Source: Perkinsus olseni
Lineage: Eukaryota
Direction of reading: 5' to 3'
Length of the DNA: 64,000 bases
NCBI GenBank assembly: GCA_013115125.1
Contig: JABANN010000036.1
Coordinates: 1-64,000 of the forward strand
A program made the position numbers and the translations under genes. The notes beneath the pieces are model-generated. The model was given only the letters and a program-made list of their open reading frames with translations. It ran no database searches and was not told the DNA's origin. This document shows, one piece after another, positions 1 through 12,532 of this stretch (positions are counted from its first letter, which is position 1; each line of letters starts with the position of its first letter).

Positions 1-194
1 AACATGAAACGGTTGTGCCGCGCTAGCCGCGATAATCGATACTCAGGGACTTAGAGACAGACGGTGTGGTACACTTGTTCAACGCGCGTGCCCGGCGCGC
101 CGACCGTTTCACCGTAGCCGATGCGCCCGGGGTATGTTGAGGGTCGCGTAGTGTTCAAGGCCTTGTGTAGTTGATTTCTCCCTTATTATTGCTT

Positions 195-3100
195 ATGTCA
201 GCTACGCCCAACCCCCGATTGAAGATGTCCCATGAAAATGCTGCGGTGCTCCGAGGGCGTTGCGTGATGAACTGCTAGTCCATTGGCCTGCCCTTCAGGT
301 ACGTGCGAATCGAACCTCGGTTGGCTCTGTAGCGAGCGAGGGTGAAGTGAGGTCCGTTAAGAGCTACAGACACCGAGGCTCGCGGCACCGGCCAGAAGTG
401 TAGGGAGCTGTCTTCCGTGGGACTGCCTGTGTTCTGCCGCGTCTTCAGGTGCTACTATCCTAATTCGCAAGAAGTGCTATCAGAAGTAGATATCAAACCG
501 TTCTCTCTAGAAGGGGCTGTTGAGGTGAGGCAGGGTGGGGTCGGCAGCGGGCACTGTTTGTTCAGCCTGGCGGCCGTTCGTCGTTTCGACAAGAACCGTC
601 GGCCGAAGCTACGGGAAACAGCGCTGGAGATGGTGTCTTTCGTTATGTGAGACGCTGGTGCGTTATGAGTTCTCCGTATCGCATTGCATGCTGTTGCTAG
701 GCTGATGACGAGAACGAGTCCGATGTATCCAACACCTGGAGCGTTCGGGGAAGAAGTAGCGCCGCCAAGAGGTGCTTGGCCGTCTGGTTTCGAGCTGCTG
801 CCGCAGGTTCGCATCTTCCTCAGGTTGAACGCTTATCCGCCAAGCCCCTTATCACAAGTGCCTTTGTCGCCCTATATACAGAAAAGGGCTGTGAGTCCGC
901 TATTGGTGAGCGCAAATGAGTTCCGCCGGGTGGTCGCGTAGTCACTTCCACTCAGAGGCGGATGACCCCGACAGCTCCTTCTCCCTGCTCTGCAGCCCGC
1001 GCCATCAGCCCTTATCAGGTGAGCAGATTCCCTCTGTTGTTTTTGGCTACCGTTCGCCATTGCTCAGATCCGACCAGCCAGCGCAGCGGTAACGAGGCAG
1101 TTCTCTCCGCCCCTCCCCGGAGCTACTGGTTTTACGGTACGACGACATTAGTGTTTTGCTGCCCTCAATTGCTCCTGTAGCCGGCGCGGTCTCTGAGTGC
1201 AGCTGGAGCGTTGTCGCCGTCTTCGAGGGTATCGCAAGCTTCGCCTGGGCGAGTCGTGTCGAGGTAGGTATTGCGTGCTCACCGGCTGGTCTGGACGGCT
1301 GCAGCTGCTGCTGCTGCTGATTCAGGCGTATAATTCGTTACACGTCGCCAGTGCCTTCACGTATTACCACGACGACGCGATACTGCAGATCAGCTAGTCC
1401 GATGAGGAAGGAGGTGCCCTCGAGCATGCCTGCTGAATCCAAGCGGTACGCACTAGACCTCAACACAGAAGAAGGTAGATCGTTTTGAGGGGGTCGTGAA
1501 GGGTTAGTGTTGTGCTCTTTAGATGTGGCCTTCAAAAGCCGCACCAATACGCTGCTGATGACCCAGCCACAGGAGGAGCCTAATGCCAGTCGGCTGAGTT
1601 GGGGGGCGTGCACGCGGCAAGCACTTGATGACAACAGACTGGAGTATCCAAGGGTTGACCCGCCGGGGTCTCCGGCACCACTACCCTACACGGTCCGGGC
1701 GTCGCCTCGGGTGGGCTCCTCCTTGCGACCGACCCTACGATGCAGCACTCAGCGTTGCGCAGGCGTCGTCACCGGCAGCAGCCCGTCGGTGTGTTGAGGA
1801 TGCAGTGGGAGCTATGGGGCAGCCCGGCGAAGAAGGCGAGGGTATAGAAATGGAGGTGGGCTTGCCTGAAGGGAGGGAGGTCGTATGATTTCTTTTCAGT
1901 CGAACCCTCTGCACCCTTCTCGGCTCAAAAGGGTAGGTCTTTCACCTTGATGGCCGCGGCCAGTGTCCACCGCTTTCGTTGCAGTCTTCGGAGGAGTTGC
2001 TCCTGCTGTCGGATTCTGACGACTCGGCTGCGTCACCGCCACGGAAAAAGCGGACTTCAGTGGATAGGTGGGTGAGGTGCGATACTTGCGTTGTTGAGTG
2101 TTCGCCTTAGGCAACCGAAGGCGTGCCGGACGCCGGTGGCGACCGCTGGTACCCAGACGGAGAATGCGTTGACAGTAGTGGCGGGCGACAGAAGTTCTCG
2201 GCTCAATCGTGTTGACAGGATTGCCTTCCCGCTGGACGTGGAATGGGGCGCTTGGACTACATGACAACTACTCCAGGTTGGTGTCGATGGCGTCGTATAG
2301 GGACCCTCCGATGTCTTGACAGGCCGGCCCGATTTTGCGTCTATGATGAGGCACTCGTGCGACTACTTGGCGAGGAGTCGCAGCGTGCTGCCGGGCCTCA
2401 CTTCCCCTTCCTACGCTGATCGAGCGCATGAGTTGAAACAGAAGGAGGCCCAGTAAACGCTTTTGTATGGTCTACTTCGCCGACTTAGAAGCCTCGACTT
2501 AGGTTGGAGAAGTTTCTGCAAGAGTCGGCACGACGAAGGGCGAGGCTGATGGACTCGATTCGGAAGCGGAAGAGGGAGGACGAGTCCGAGGATGAGGTCA
2601 CGGCCCCCATCAGAGGGTTGGAGTAGGTCTGTGTGTGGTGGATTCTGGGATCTGCTGATGTTGGCAGATTACCGACGGGGTCGGCGGAGGGAAGGTGGGC
2701 GAGGAGAAGTAGCGTCAGAGAGAGGTAGTCCGAGTCCTAGCCTCGTGTCGATCTTCTGGCTTGCTAGGGACTACGGCGGTCCTCGACAGTGGGATGCGAG
2801 GAGCGCTGTTTCGTTGCCGCAGAAGGTCAACCGATGGCATGCCGAAGCGTATAGTTCCTGGTCGACGTACAAGTCGATCAGTCTTGCTTTTAGGTTGGCC
2901 GAGCCAGTGAGCAGGGAGGAAGCTGAAGACAGTAGAATTCCTAGGGGAGTCTTGAGGACGACATGTATCGATCAGGTCCTCCGCCTGTGTCGCCGACCGC
3001 TTCTGCGGCTCATGGTGTCTTCGTATCGGAGGGAAAGCCGAGTAGCAGGCCAAGGCGGCGCTCCAGCTGGCATGGAGATCCCAATGTGAGCAGCCACACG

Positions 3101-3608
3101 ATGGGTGATGGGAGCTGAGACGTTTGCCTCTCAGCGTACCGTCTTCGGTGATGTGACGCCGCTGCCGTTACACGGGAGTTACCATAGGACTGTGGTTCCT
3201 AAGTAAGGCTCGGTGCCGAGAGGAAGCGGTGGTCCTTGAGTAAGCCTGGGTATGAGGCTTTACTTCGTGATTGTTCAGGGCGAACAAGTTGCTTGGCGAG
3301 GGCGGAACTTACGCCCCTATAGACGACGAGCAGTGGAAGGTGAGCGGGGCACGGCTTGCTGGCCTTTGCCTACCGTTGCTGAATGTGATGGTAGTGTGCA
3401 GGCGTTGGCTGAGAGACTGAGGCAAAAGTCGGACGTCTACGCCATCATCGCCGACCGCTCCCCCTCGGGTTAATTAGCGAGTTGCCGGTTCCAGAGACAG
3501 CTCTCTGAGAACTTCTGCTCGACTGGGTGTGGTACCCAAAGTGCATGCCTTGGTTGACAACTGCCTAGTGTAGCGCTGACACTTCTGTGGAAGTGCAGCA
3601 CCTTATAG
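195..3608 (+). CDS. Multi-exon hypothetical protein A: S/P/R-rich, with a C-terminal domain shared with the next gene
   Basis: Series of short GT-AG introns (e.g. 646-700, ~3086-3134). Spliced C-terminus reads AHGVFVSEG...RSSWHGDPN^RTVFGDVTPLPLHGSYHRTV...APIDDEQWK^ALAERLRQ. The start and internal exons are approximate, and this could be more than one gene. Confidence 0.5.
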
Positions 3609-3706
3609 CGTGCTTCTGAGTGCCCGGAGTGGATCGTTGTGTTGTGAGTGAGGTGGTCAATTGGATGCTGGCAGCAGCTCGGCAACGTCCTATAACCGTA
3701 AAGTGC

Positions 3707-6536
3707 ATGTCTGTTAACGGCTCGCCATCGGAAGGAGTGTGGGAGGTGGTACGGGAAGAGGTTGAGTATGATGAGTAATACTGTGTGTCTTTCGACTGTA
3801 TTGTCGGTGGACGCGATCTCTAGGCCTGCATGTTACCCCGGAAGCAGTCCCTACAGCTCTCCCTATGTACGGACTACTACTGTTCAGAGCCCCCATGTGG
3901 TAAGGTGATGAGATGCTGTCGATCGTGAGCTGCTGCCGTAGGTTCAGCCCGTTGTGAACACGACTGTCACTCGTTACGTGTCTCCAGTGTGCAGCAGCCA
4001 TACGGATGGGGTACCGTCAAATATGGTAGAACGGCCTTCCCACCTTTCCGTCGTATATCGTCGTCAGTGTAATAACTCTGTCATAACCTGCTCCCCTACG
4101 CGCCGGCATCACAGCAGTGTTGTTCATGGCTCACCTGGGAGGGTGGTCTCGAGGTGCCAGCCCTTCTTGGTCGGCAGTGGTGGTATGGTTCGATGCTTAG
4201 GCGAGTGGTCCGTTATGCGTCACCTGTGCGTTCCCGTGTAACGACTACCACGACCTATCGGTGCAGCCCGGCAAGCCCATGGCCCGAAAGCGATGCGCGT
4301 GTGAGCGCTGCTGCGGCAGATCTGCTGCCTTCTTATGAGGCACCAAGGGGTGGCTTGTACACTCCGAAAAAAGTAATATCGTTCTGCCGTGCTTGATCGA
4401 TGCTTTTGTCTCAGGGGAATGTGGCTCGGCCTGGTGTCGACTCGGAGAGGCTAGCAGCAGAATCCAGAGTGAGATCCCTGCTCTTCTTTCGGCATTTGAC
4501 CACCGCTTTTATGCCAGGGGGACACTGGTCGAAGCGGCAGTAGCTATCCGATATCCTGCAAGAAGGCCACGATGTTGGAGCCGGAGGAGAGCGCACCTGA
4601 ACCGGCTCCCGGCCTTCCGCAGACGGCCTTCCGCAAGGTATCGAAGGTATCAGTAAACATCAGTTATCGTCTATAGATGTCCTCGACAGGCCGTTGTCCC
4701 GAGCCGTGGAAGGATGACTCGTCAGCCGTTGCGCGTGTACTACGAGGAGAGCGATGAGGAGGGAGTTGAGTGTATCGAGATGGAGGTGAGACATGTGGTC
4801 AGCTTGATTCGCAGGCTTGCTTGTTTCAGCCGGACCCGTCCAAGCCGGCTGGTCAGTGTCGGAGGGTGAGTGGGGCCAGCTGGGGCTTGTCTGCTCATCA
4901 GCTCATCATCTATCCCAACTGGGTGTGTTCTGTTCTCTTCTTTTCAGTCCTCTGGTTCTCTGGCATTCTCCGATTCTGAGGATGACTATGCTGGTAGGCC
5001 GCCGCAGAAGAAGCGAATGTGGGTCTCTGCGCAAGCTTCGGCTACAGCGAAATGAGATCAAATAGGTCGGCTAAGAAGCTTCCCACTCCTCTCACGACGA
5101 CCCACACTCAGACTGAGGATACCACTCAAGTAGAATCCCTACCGGATCAATTGATTCTGTCGTTGAACGGGGGTTGCCGGTACTTCAGGTCCATGATGTA
5201 CCATGCGACCACGGCGACGGTGGAGGACTGCGGTCTCCTGGTGAGAGCGGAAGCTCCCAGCCGTTCCACGTGCATGTGGTCACAAAAGTTAGGTGGTCAT
5301 GAATACATGACGCTGGGTGTCCTGTCGTCCTCGGCTGCATCGCCCAGCAGACCGTATCTGTCCCCGTGCTATCGGGAGCGATCCAGAGAGTTGAAGGAGA
5401 AGGAGGCCGAGTATGAATGGCTTGGAGCTTCGGGTTACGTCTCAGTTCACAGCAGGCTCGAGCAATTCTTGCAACAGTCGGCTAAGCGCCGCGGTCGCCT
5501 GATGGACTCGATAAGAAAGAGGAGAAGAGACAGCGATGGTGAAGAGGAAGAGAATGCCGACGGGATCCAGTGGGATAGTCAGCTATGCATCCGGTGGTTG
5601 GCGATCTTGTTATGAGCAGGCTACCCGAGGTCGAAGCAGGGGGGCGATGGGGTGGGAGTAGCGGGAATCAGCCAGCTATGTTCAGCAGGAAGTAGCACAA
5701 GCTGGGGATTACTCGTTGGTTAGACAGGCTTAATGGTCAGACCATGGGCACCGTCGCCGCGAAGAGAAGTCCCAGAGGCTGAGCGTACTTCCCCAAGAGT
5801 GTGGAAGAAGGGGACTTACCCGTCAGTCCGCAGGCTTTTCGCATGGACACGACCGCTGTTATCTCAGGCCAATTCCTGCCACGTCAGGAGAGCAGCAGAT
5901 TACGAAGGGTAAGGTCATCGCCGTAGGTGCGTGGACTGGCCCGTTTGTCAGAAACCCTGCGAGCTGACGCACCAGACCCCATCGCTGCCCACGGGTGCTT
6001 CGTATCCGAGGGCAGGAAAGCCCCTGAGAAAAGATCTAGCTGGCATGGAGAAAATGTGAGGGCTGCACTTGAATGAGGCGATGGGTATTGGTTCCCTTTC
6101 AGCGAACAGTGTTCGGGGACGCCTCCCCACTACCATTGCATGGAAGTTACCACAGGACTGTCATGTCAGGGTATCACTACTGTCCGTTGCCCTCTTACGC
6201 ATGCCTGCCTCGTATAGGGTTCGAAGGCTTTTCGGGGAGGCTGCTCCACACGCACCAATAGACGACGAGCAATGGAAGGTGGGCCATACGTCCTCATTGA
6301 GATGTCAAGCCATTCGTCGGTATTCAGGAGCTCGCAATGAAGTTACGACAACAAGCCGAGAGCCACACCATCAGTGTGGATCGATCGTAGAAGCCACCTT
6401 TCGGGCCTTGGCGTCAGAGGAAGATCTCTGCTACAGTAGCGTAGAAGTCTTGCGGACGGTTTCTCATGTCAATTATTTATCACACAGTATGCATGGCTCG
6501 TGCTGCTGGGAGGTTTCTAAGGAAACTGTCCAGTAG
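3707..6536 (+). CDS. Multi-exon hypothetical protein B (possibly two genes); C-terminus paralogous to gene A
   Basis: Short GT-AG introns and S/P/V/T-rich early exons. C-terminal exons read AHGCFVSEG...RSSWHGEN^RTVFGDASPLPLHGSYHRTV...APIDDEQWK^ELAMKLRQ. Confidence 0.5.
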
Positions 6537-7141
6537 CCTATAATATCCTTCAACAGGCATCTGCACTCGCCCTTTGAGTTTACATGGGAGTGGTGAGGAG
6601 GGGCGGCATATCGTTTAAACTCGCTACAAATATACGACAACACACTCATCTGTGATTATCCAAGATCAATTTTGCACGTGTACACAAGACGTTGTCGGAC
6701 TAACTGCGCATAATCGGGTGGAGGTAACTCCACTCCTGCCGAGTTTTTAGCCGAAGGGTTACACGGCCTCACGACGTGAGAGCGTGCTTACCTTGGTCAT
6801 GTAGCGTCTGCAACCTCGAGATGCCCGTTTTGGAACGGCAGACATTGTGTGCGGCAAGGTGCCTGTCACACAGGGCGCGCGGTAAGGCTAGCGAATCTTG
6901 TGCACGCGTGCAGCCGTTTCGTTGGGGCTAGTGCGGTCACCGGCTCGTACGACGCTTGATTGCTACTTTTTTTACTGGTATACCCTTCACTACCCTACAC
7001 GGCAAGGATGATGGTGTAAATGTACATGAGGAAGAGTCGGCTGATGTGGTGTTAACCCTGGGGGATTCTCTGTCCTACGCCGTTCGGTCGTCAACCGCTC
7101 GTGGACGATTTGAGGTCAGAACGGTCAACTTGTGTGCTCTT

Positions 7142-7923
7142 AACGATCGGTGTATGGTCCAAGAAAGTGTCTTCCTATGTCATGATATGATGAGGGCCGC
7201 AAAAGATTAGCGGTAGGTGCTCTGGTAAAGTCGAGGGCCGCACAGAAGCGGTAATGGCGAGCTCGAATCAGTTATTCCGCCACGGTCAAGGCGGAGAGCT
7301 CATCCTCGTGATATCATCTCGGTTAAGATGATCTGAGCAATCCTCTATGACTGGGTCTTGGCATCATACAGTTCCGGTGCAACAAGTGGCACTAGGATGA
7401 GCATCAGGTTGGTTCGACGACGTTCACGTAGTGGGTCATGGTGAAAGTTATGGCACTCTCCTTACACTTGTTAGCAGTCGTCGGTGACTCATTGCTACCC
7501 CCTTGATGATTAGCTAAATCTAACGGTATCGACTCTGTGAGTCAAATGGTATGTATTTTCAGTCGCGCGCGAGGGCCGTCTTCTGGATGACGGTAAGTTC
7601 TCGTATCTGTCCGGTATGGCAGGGCTGAAAGATTCTTGACGCCACAATTACGGTGGTAATCTGCATGGTAAACACGTATGCTCTCAACGATCGGTGTATG
7701 GTCCAAGGAAGTGTTGCTCAGTTCGTGATATGAAGAGGGCCGCATAAGATAAGCGGTAGGTGCTCTTGTAAAGTCGAGGGCCGCACAGAAGCGGTAATGG
7801 CGAGCTCGAATCAGTTATTCCGCTGCGGTTAAGGCGGAGAGCTCATCCTCGTGACATCATCTCGGTTAAGATGATCTGAGCAATCCTCTACGGCTGGGTC
7901 TTGGCATCATACTGTTTCGGTGC
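7142..7923. repeat. About 240-bp direct repeat pair (7142-7380 and 7686-7923)
   Basis: Both copies run from AACGATCGGTGTATGGTCCAAG to GGCATCATAC..T..CGGTGC, with long identical stretches such as GTAAAGTCGAGGGCCGCACAGAAGCGGTAATGGCGAGCTCGAATCAGTTATTCCGC. Confidence 0.95.
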
Positions 7924-8869
7924 GAGTGGCACCAGATTGAGGAGTGGAATGACCATGTGCAGGATATGTAAGCCACGAGATAAGTGGCAATCTGCTATCT
8001 GATGATATCTATGCGAAGTTTGTCCCGAGGGCAACTTTCTCTGGGTATGTATCCGCGATATGCTCGATATGACACAAGGTGTAAGGGGATGTGTCCCTGA
8101 CGTTGTCGACGAGAACGGTCGAGGCTAGTTCGAAGTCCGTTAGAACGGAGATTCCCCGAGTATTCTGCCATCATTGGCCGAGTCTTTCGTGTACTGGGGG
8201 TTCGTGATCATCACGTTCGCTCACACACTTGTCTTTGTCGTAGATGCTGCTTTTTACTGCTAGGATCAGGCGCTTCTTTGTACCAGTGTTGCGTTATCAA
8301 AGTCAGTAGGGTGATCCGACGTGAATGAGTTCGCCACTATGATGAAGTGTCCGATGTAACTCGGCCTTCAAAGGGTACTTTCGTTCTGTTCGAGGGGAGG
8401 AGTTTTTCTACAGATTTTCATGCTTCATTGAGGACTAAGCATTAGGTTATTGGAACAGTGAGCGGATTCGTGCACCCTCCATGAAAGTTTGAGAAAACAG
8501 AGTTTTTGCACTCACGCACTCGTCAGTTGTGACAGACTCCGCGTCTAGCTGCGCATACATTGCAGTTACGTGGGCGAGTGAAGATACTTTAGTCGGAGTA
8601 GGAGGTTTCAGAGCATTTCATCATCTTCCGCAGAGCCTCCCCGCCGAGTGCCTCCTTGTTTATCATTCTGAGATACCCGTCCTCATTCGACTTGTTGCTC
8701 CGCCCCGCTGTACTCAGGACGTCTCAAGCTAGGGATCTACGCTAGAGTATTCAGAAGATAACTTCGTTCACTTTGGTTCTACGAACCTGGCCGGGACGCG
8801 CGACTCCAACAAAACACGTTCGAAAGTACTTGAGACAAAAATCATGGATGAAGGAACTCGCGCACTGCT

Positions 8870-11279
8870 CTATGGAATCTTCAATTTTGCCAGAATTGTT
8901 TCAGCGTCGGGTCGGGCCTGAACGACAACACAGTGCGCTTCTAGAGTACAGAGCCCAGCCGGGGCCGCCCGAGTCACCTCGGGCGCCGGACTGAGCATGG
9001 CCTTGATAAGCTCTGTCAACTTTGACGGTAGCTGGTCCATCTCTTTGAAAGGCAAGCTCCCGTCGCGAAGACTCTGCCACTGGTCACCGTTAGGAGGGAG
9101 GCCGTGGCCTATACCTAAAATACGCGCCGCCTGCCTCTGTTGGCTCATCGACGACCTCACCACACTCCAGTGCTGATGCGCCGAGGGAGAAAATGTCAAC
9201 CTTAGTCATGTCATTCCCTAGCGGTCGATCAGCATGGCACGACAGCATCTCTCGCGGCAAGTACCTGTGGGGACAAATACAGGAGGTCACCCGTTTTTGA
9301 GAATCACCTAGCATCGCCACTGCCGAGATCACTGGAGGCCTCGCTGTTCTCGTGAATGGAGGTTGCCAAACCGAAGTCGCATAGCTTATACCTCAATCGG
9401 ACGACCTTTCTCAGCGACGATGAATAGCTCTGTCTACTTGGAGCCGCAGCCATTAGTTGTAATCCTCAAGACGTTGTCAGGCTTAACGTCCTTGTGCGCT
9501 ATGTGCATGTCCACATGTAAGAATCTGTCAATGTCGAGCACTTTGTCCGCTGGAGGCACTCTTTCATCAACGTTCAAGCCGGCGAAAGCATTTTGAGCAG
9601 AGAGACGTGCTTAACTGTACCATGTGCTGCTTGATGTGCGAACGAACATTTCCGTTTCAGGTCGGATTTCGGACTCTCAAAAAAGAGCTTTACTACTTCA
9701 GAGCGGAACCGATGTCCCGTAGAACCACGGTTAGCTTGTCGGAGGGCAATCGTCCAGTGCGCTCGACTTCGGCGGTGAGGGACTCCTCGCACAGCTCTGT
9801 CTGAATGTGGAGTCGGTCATCTGAGGGCAAGACGAATACTCGCTCACTACAACCTGCATGAAACACCTTCGAACCAGCAGCCGAAGTAGCGGGTTATGTG
9901 GGATGCTGAGGCGCTCGTCTCGCAGTCGAAGATATCCACTGAATGGCTGATGAGAGCGAGCACCTACAAGGCCTTGCGAGACCGTACCAACCACTCCCAT
10001 AGACCAACACGTGCTTCCCGCAGGACGATCTCCTTTTCACTCCGTCCACGATAAGGACGAAATCGCCGCTTGATAGCATATCTACATACCGGGCTAGACG
10101 GCCACTGACCGGGGGACCCCACCTCTGCCCATCCAGGCGGCTCTCAACGCTCAGTACCTCGGCGAAGGAACCCTCGCCGATTTTCTTAAACCCGCGAAAC
10201 TCATCGTGGAGCCTGCCAGGCGAATAGCTCCGCAACAAGCACGACATCGCGTGACTACCGAGAGCAGTCCGAAGCTCGACCGATCCTCCGGCGTTTGACT
10301 TCATGCCCGTGGTACACAGTCGGGGCCGGGAAACTGAAGCGTACCAGTGTGGGGCACTCAGTGTTGTTGAGTTTACTCTCTTCCTCCGCGCTCCAGGAGC
10401 ATACGCTGCAGCCTAACGCTCGCCGGTGGGTGCTTCAAAACCTGACGGAAATCTGTTGCGTCCCCACCCGGCTATCCTCGTCGTACCTTCTGGTTGGTGA
10501 GGATGTGCGTGTGGGGTGTCTGCGCGACCTGGACACAATCGTGTCACCATGCGAGAGCTCTTGACCTTACAATAGGTGTTCCGGGGTAGGTTGTAAAGAT
10601 ACTATTAGCGCTGCCTCGCCTGGTGAGGACGGCGGGAGGTAATGACAGAGGAGTTGCTGAGGGGATGTGCGGGGTACCTGATGGGCAACTGAGGAAGCAT
10701 CATACCCAGCCCAGTGTGCTCACACAAAGGCTCTACGGATCCGCCATTAGTCGCCGCGCTGTGGGGCACCGAGGAGGCAGGGAACCAGGCGTAGGTAGTG
10801 CCGACGACCGCTAAGGCAAGCATTACCGACATTCAGCAGACTCCGCCCTACAGTCTTTCCGAGCTAGTGCATCCGGTATCGTGGCCGCTGTATTATTTCC
10901 CCTCCGCGGTAACTGACGAGGAGAGCATTCGAGGTCGGCGCCTCCGTCCCCTCACATTCTCTTTCGTCTGCTTCGCCCCCCACGCAGAAAGCGAGGTCTC
11001 CGAGTCAGAGCCTGAGATCGGCAGTACAATGGAACCGCAATAACTTTCTACTGTGTGTGCGCCTCAGCCGTGCTCGACGCGGGGCCGTCCTGGCGTCGTG
11101 GTCCCCTCCCGAACCCACATTGCAGAGCTCCAAGTGGCCAGTGGAACTGAGCGACCGTGTCATCCGGAGAGTAGGCATCGACCGTACTGAGAAGCCGACA
11201 GGATCCGACTGGTGGGCAGAGATAGGAAGCTGGAACAGCTTCGAGCCGAGTCGCAGCCACCGGCGCCCGAGCTGGACAT
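8870..11279 (-). CDS. WEE1: Wee1/Myt1-family protein kinase, multi-exon
   Basis: Spliced motifs KIGEGSFAEV, SRLDGQR^YAIKR, HKDVKPDNVL, LCDFGLAT, GDAR^YLPREML, KVDIFSLG, LPPNGDQWQSLRDG. The RLDG..YAIK, GD.RYL and LP.NG..W..LR.G motifs are typical of Wee1. Long low-complexity N-terminus; start approximate. Confidence 0.85.
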
Positions 11280-12532
11280 AGAACTCTGAGTAGAAAATTG
11301 ATAGAGAAGGCGGGGGTAATGAGCGTCCTCACTTGGGAGAGGGGCAGGCTTGGTACGGCGACTCGGAAGGCTCCAGGCTGAGACGATGCGAGGCGATGGA
11401 GGTGATCGGGAAGGGCGGGACTCACATCACGCAACCTTTCGCCCGGACTTGGGTGGTAATCTTTGCTGAAATTCCGCCCGAACGGGAGATCGGTGGGGGA
11501 GGAGCAGCCGGCCAAGGACGCTCGGTGGATGAAAAAACTGAAGGAGGGAAACATAGAGACGAGAAAAACATACTCGAAATCAATGTGCGGATAGGTCTAG
11601 TCAGCGCTACTGACTATAGTCCATAAAAAAGAGCGCATCACTCAGGGTTTGCTTACTCGCCAGCCGAGGGCATCCCTTCAACGGGTACTGCATGCTGCTC
11701 GATAGGCGTCTGACTCCAACTGAAGGCAACAGACCCATCTACTCGCTAGCAGGCCAGAGGGGCACTCACAGTCGTTCAACATTAGGCACCTCAATCGGGT
11801 CCTCGTCGAAGGACTGAAGAAGAGACTGGGTTAACCATACCAGGGATGCCGACTAGGGACACACGTTGGTGACAACTCACCCGTGCCCGCCGTCGCGAGA
11901 AACCGGCACAGAAAGCAGGGGTCGTGCGCCTGAAGGGAGGAGTGAGAGCATGTGGAAAGTCAACTTGGTTACCCCGCAAGCATCACCCCACCAGAGTCCT
12001 CGCGAGTACCACTGTGAAGCATCGAATAACAACTACTACGTAACAGCAGAAGTCGTCCGGCCATCACTCGTCACCCGTCCGAGCACCGTAGCCCCAAGCC
12101 CTCGTGATGGACAGACCAGCAGCGACGACTTGCGTGAGAGGAGAGGTCTTCAGCGATGCGGCTTCCCAGCTTGCTACTAACATCACTCGCAGCCCCGTTG
12201 TTACGGTACACTCGCTAGCATCTCCGGGCACTCGCAGGTTTCAGCGTTATTATCGCGGTTCAAGTATAGCTGTTCCACCGAGCTCGAGTGCGACAGGAAG
12301 ACGATTCATGCAGGACCTGCATTGCAGGTTGCAATAGCCGCCTCCTCCTCTACAATCTGCATTAGGGTACCACGAGCTCTTTCACTGAGGCTCGCCAGAC
12401 TTACAGCCATTCGTGGTACGAACTTCGCAACGTCCACGGCCGGATGGACACTCGCCAAGACCCTCCCCACTCTTCAATTTACTACACCCAAGTCAGAGGG
12501 AACACAAGAAACTCTTCTTCCTACTATTTTGC

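Noticed and set aside
111-125. ACCGTAGCC, resembling the start of the dinoflagellate/Perkinsus spliced leader (also at ~12087)
   Set aside because: Only 9 nt match; the following ATCTTGGCTCAAG-type sequence is absent.
3130-3200. QRTVFGD as a reverse-transcriptase 'PFG' motif
   Set aside because: No YxDD or other RT motifs; it belongs to a spliced domain shared by two host-like genes.
11600-12500. Possible small gene between Wee1 and UROD
   Set aside because: Some splice-like signals, but I could not build a coherent frame or recognise a product.
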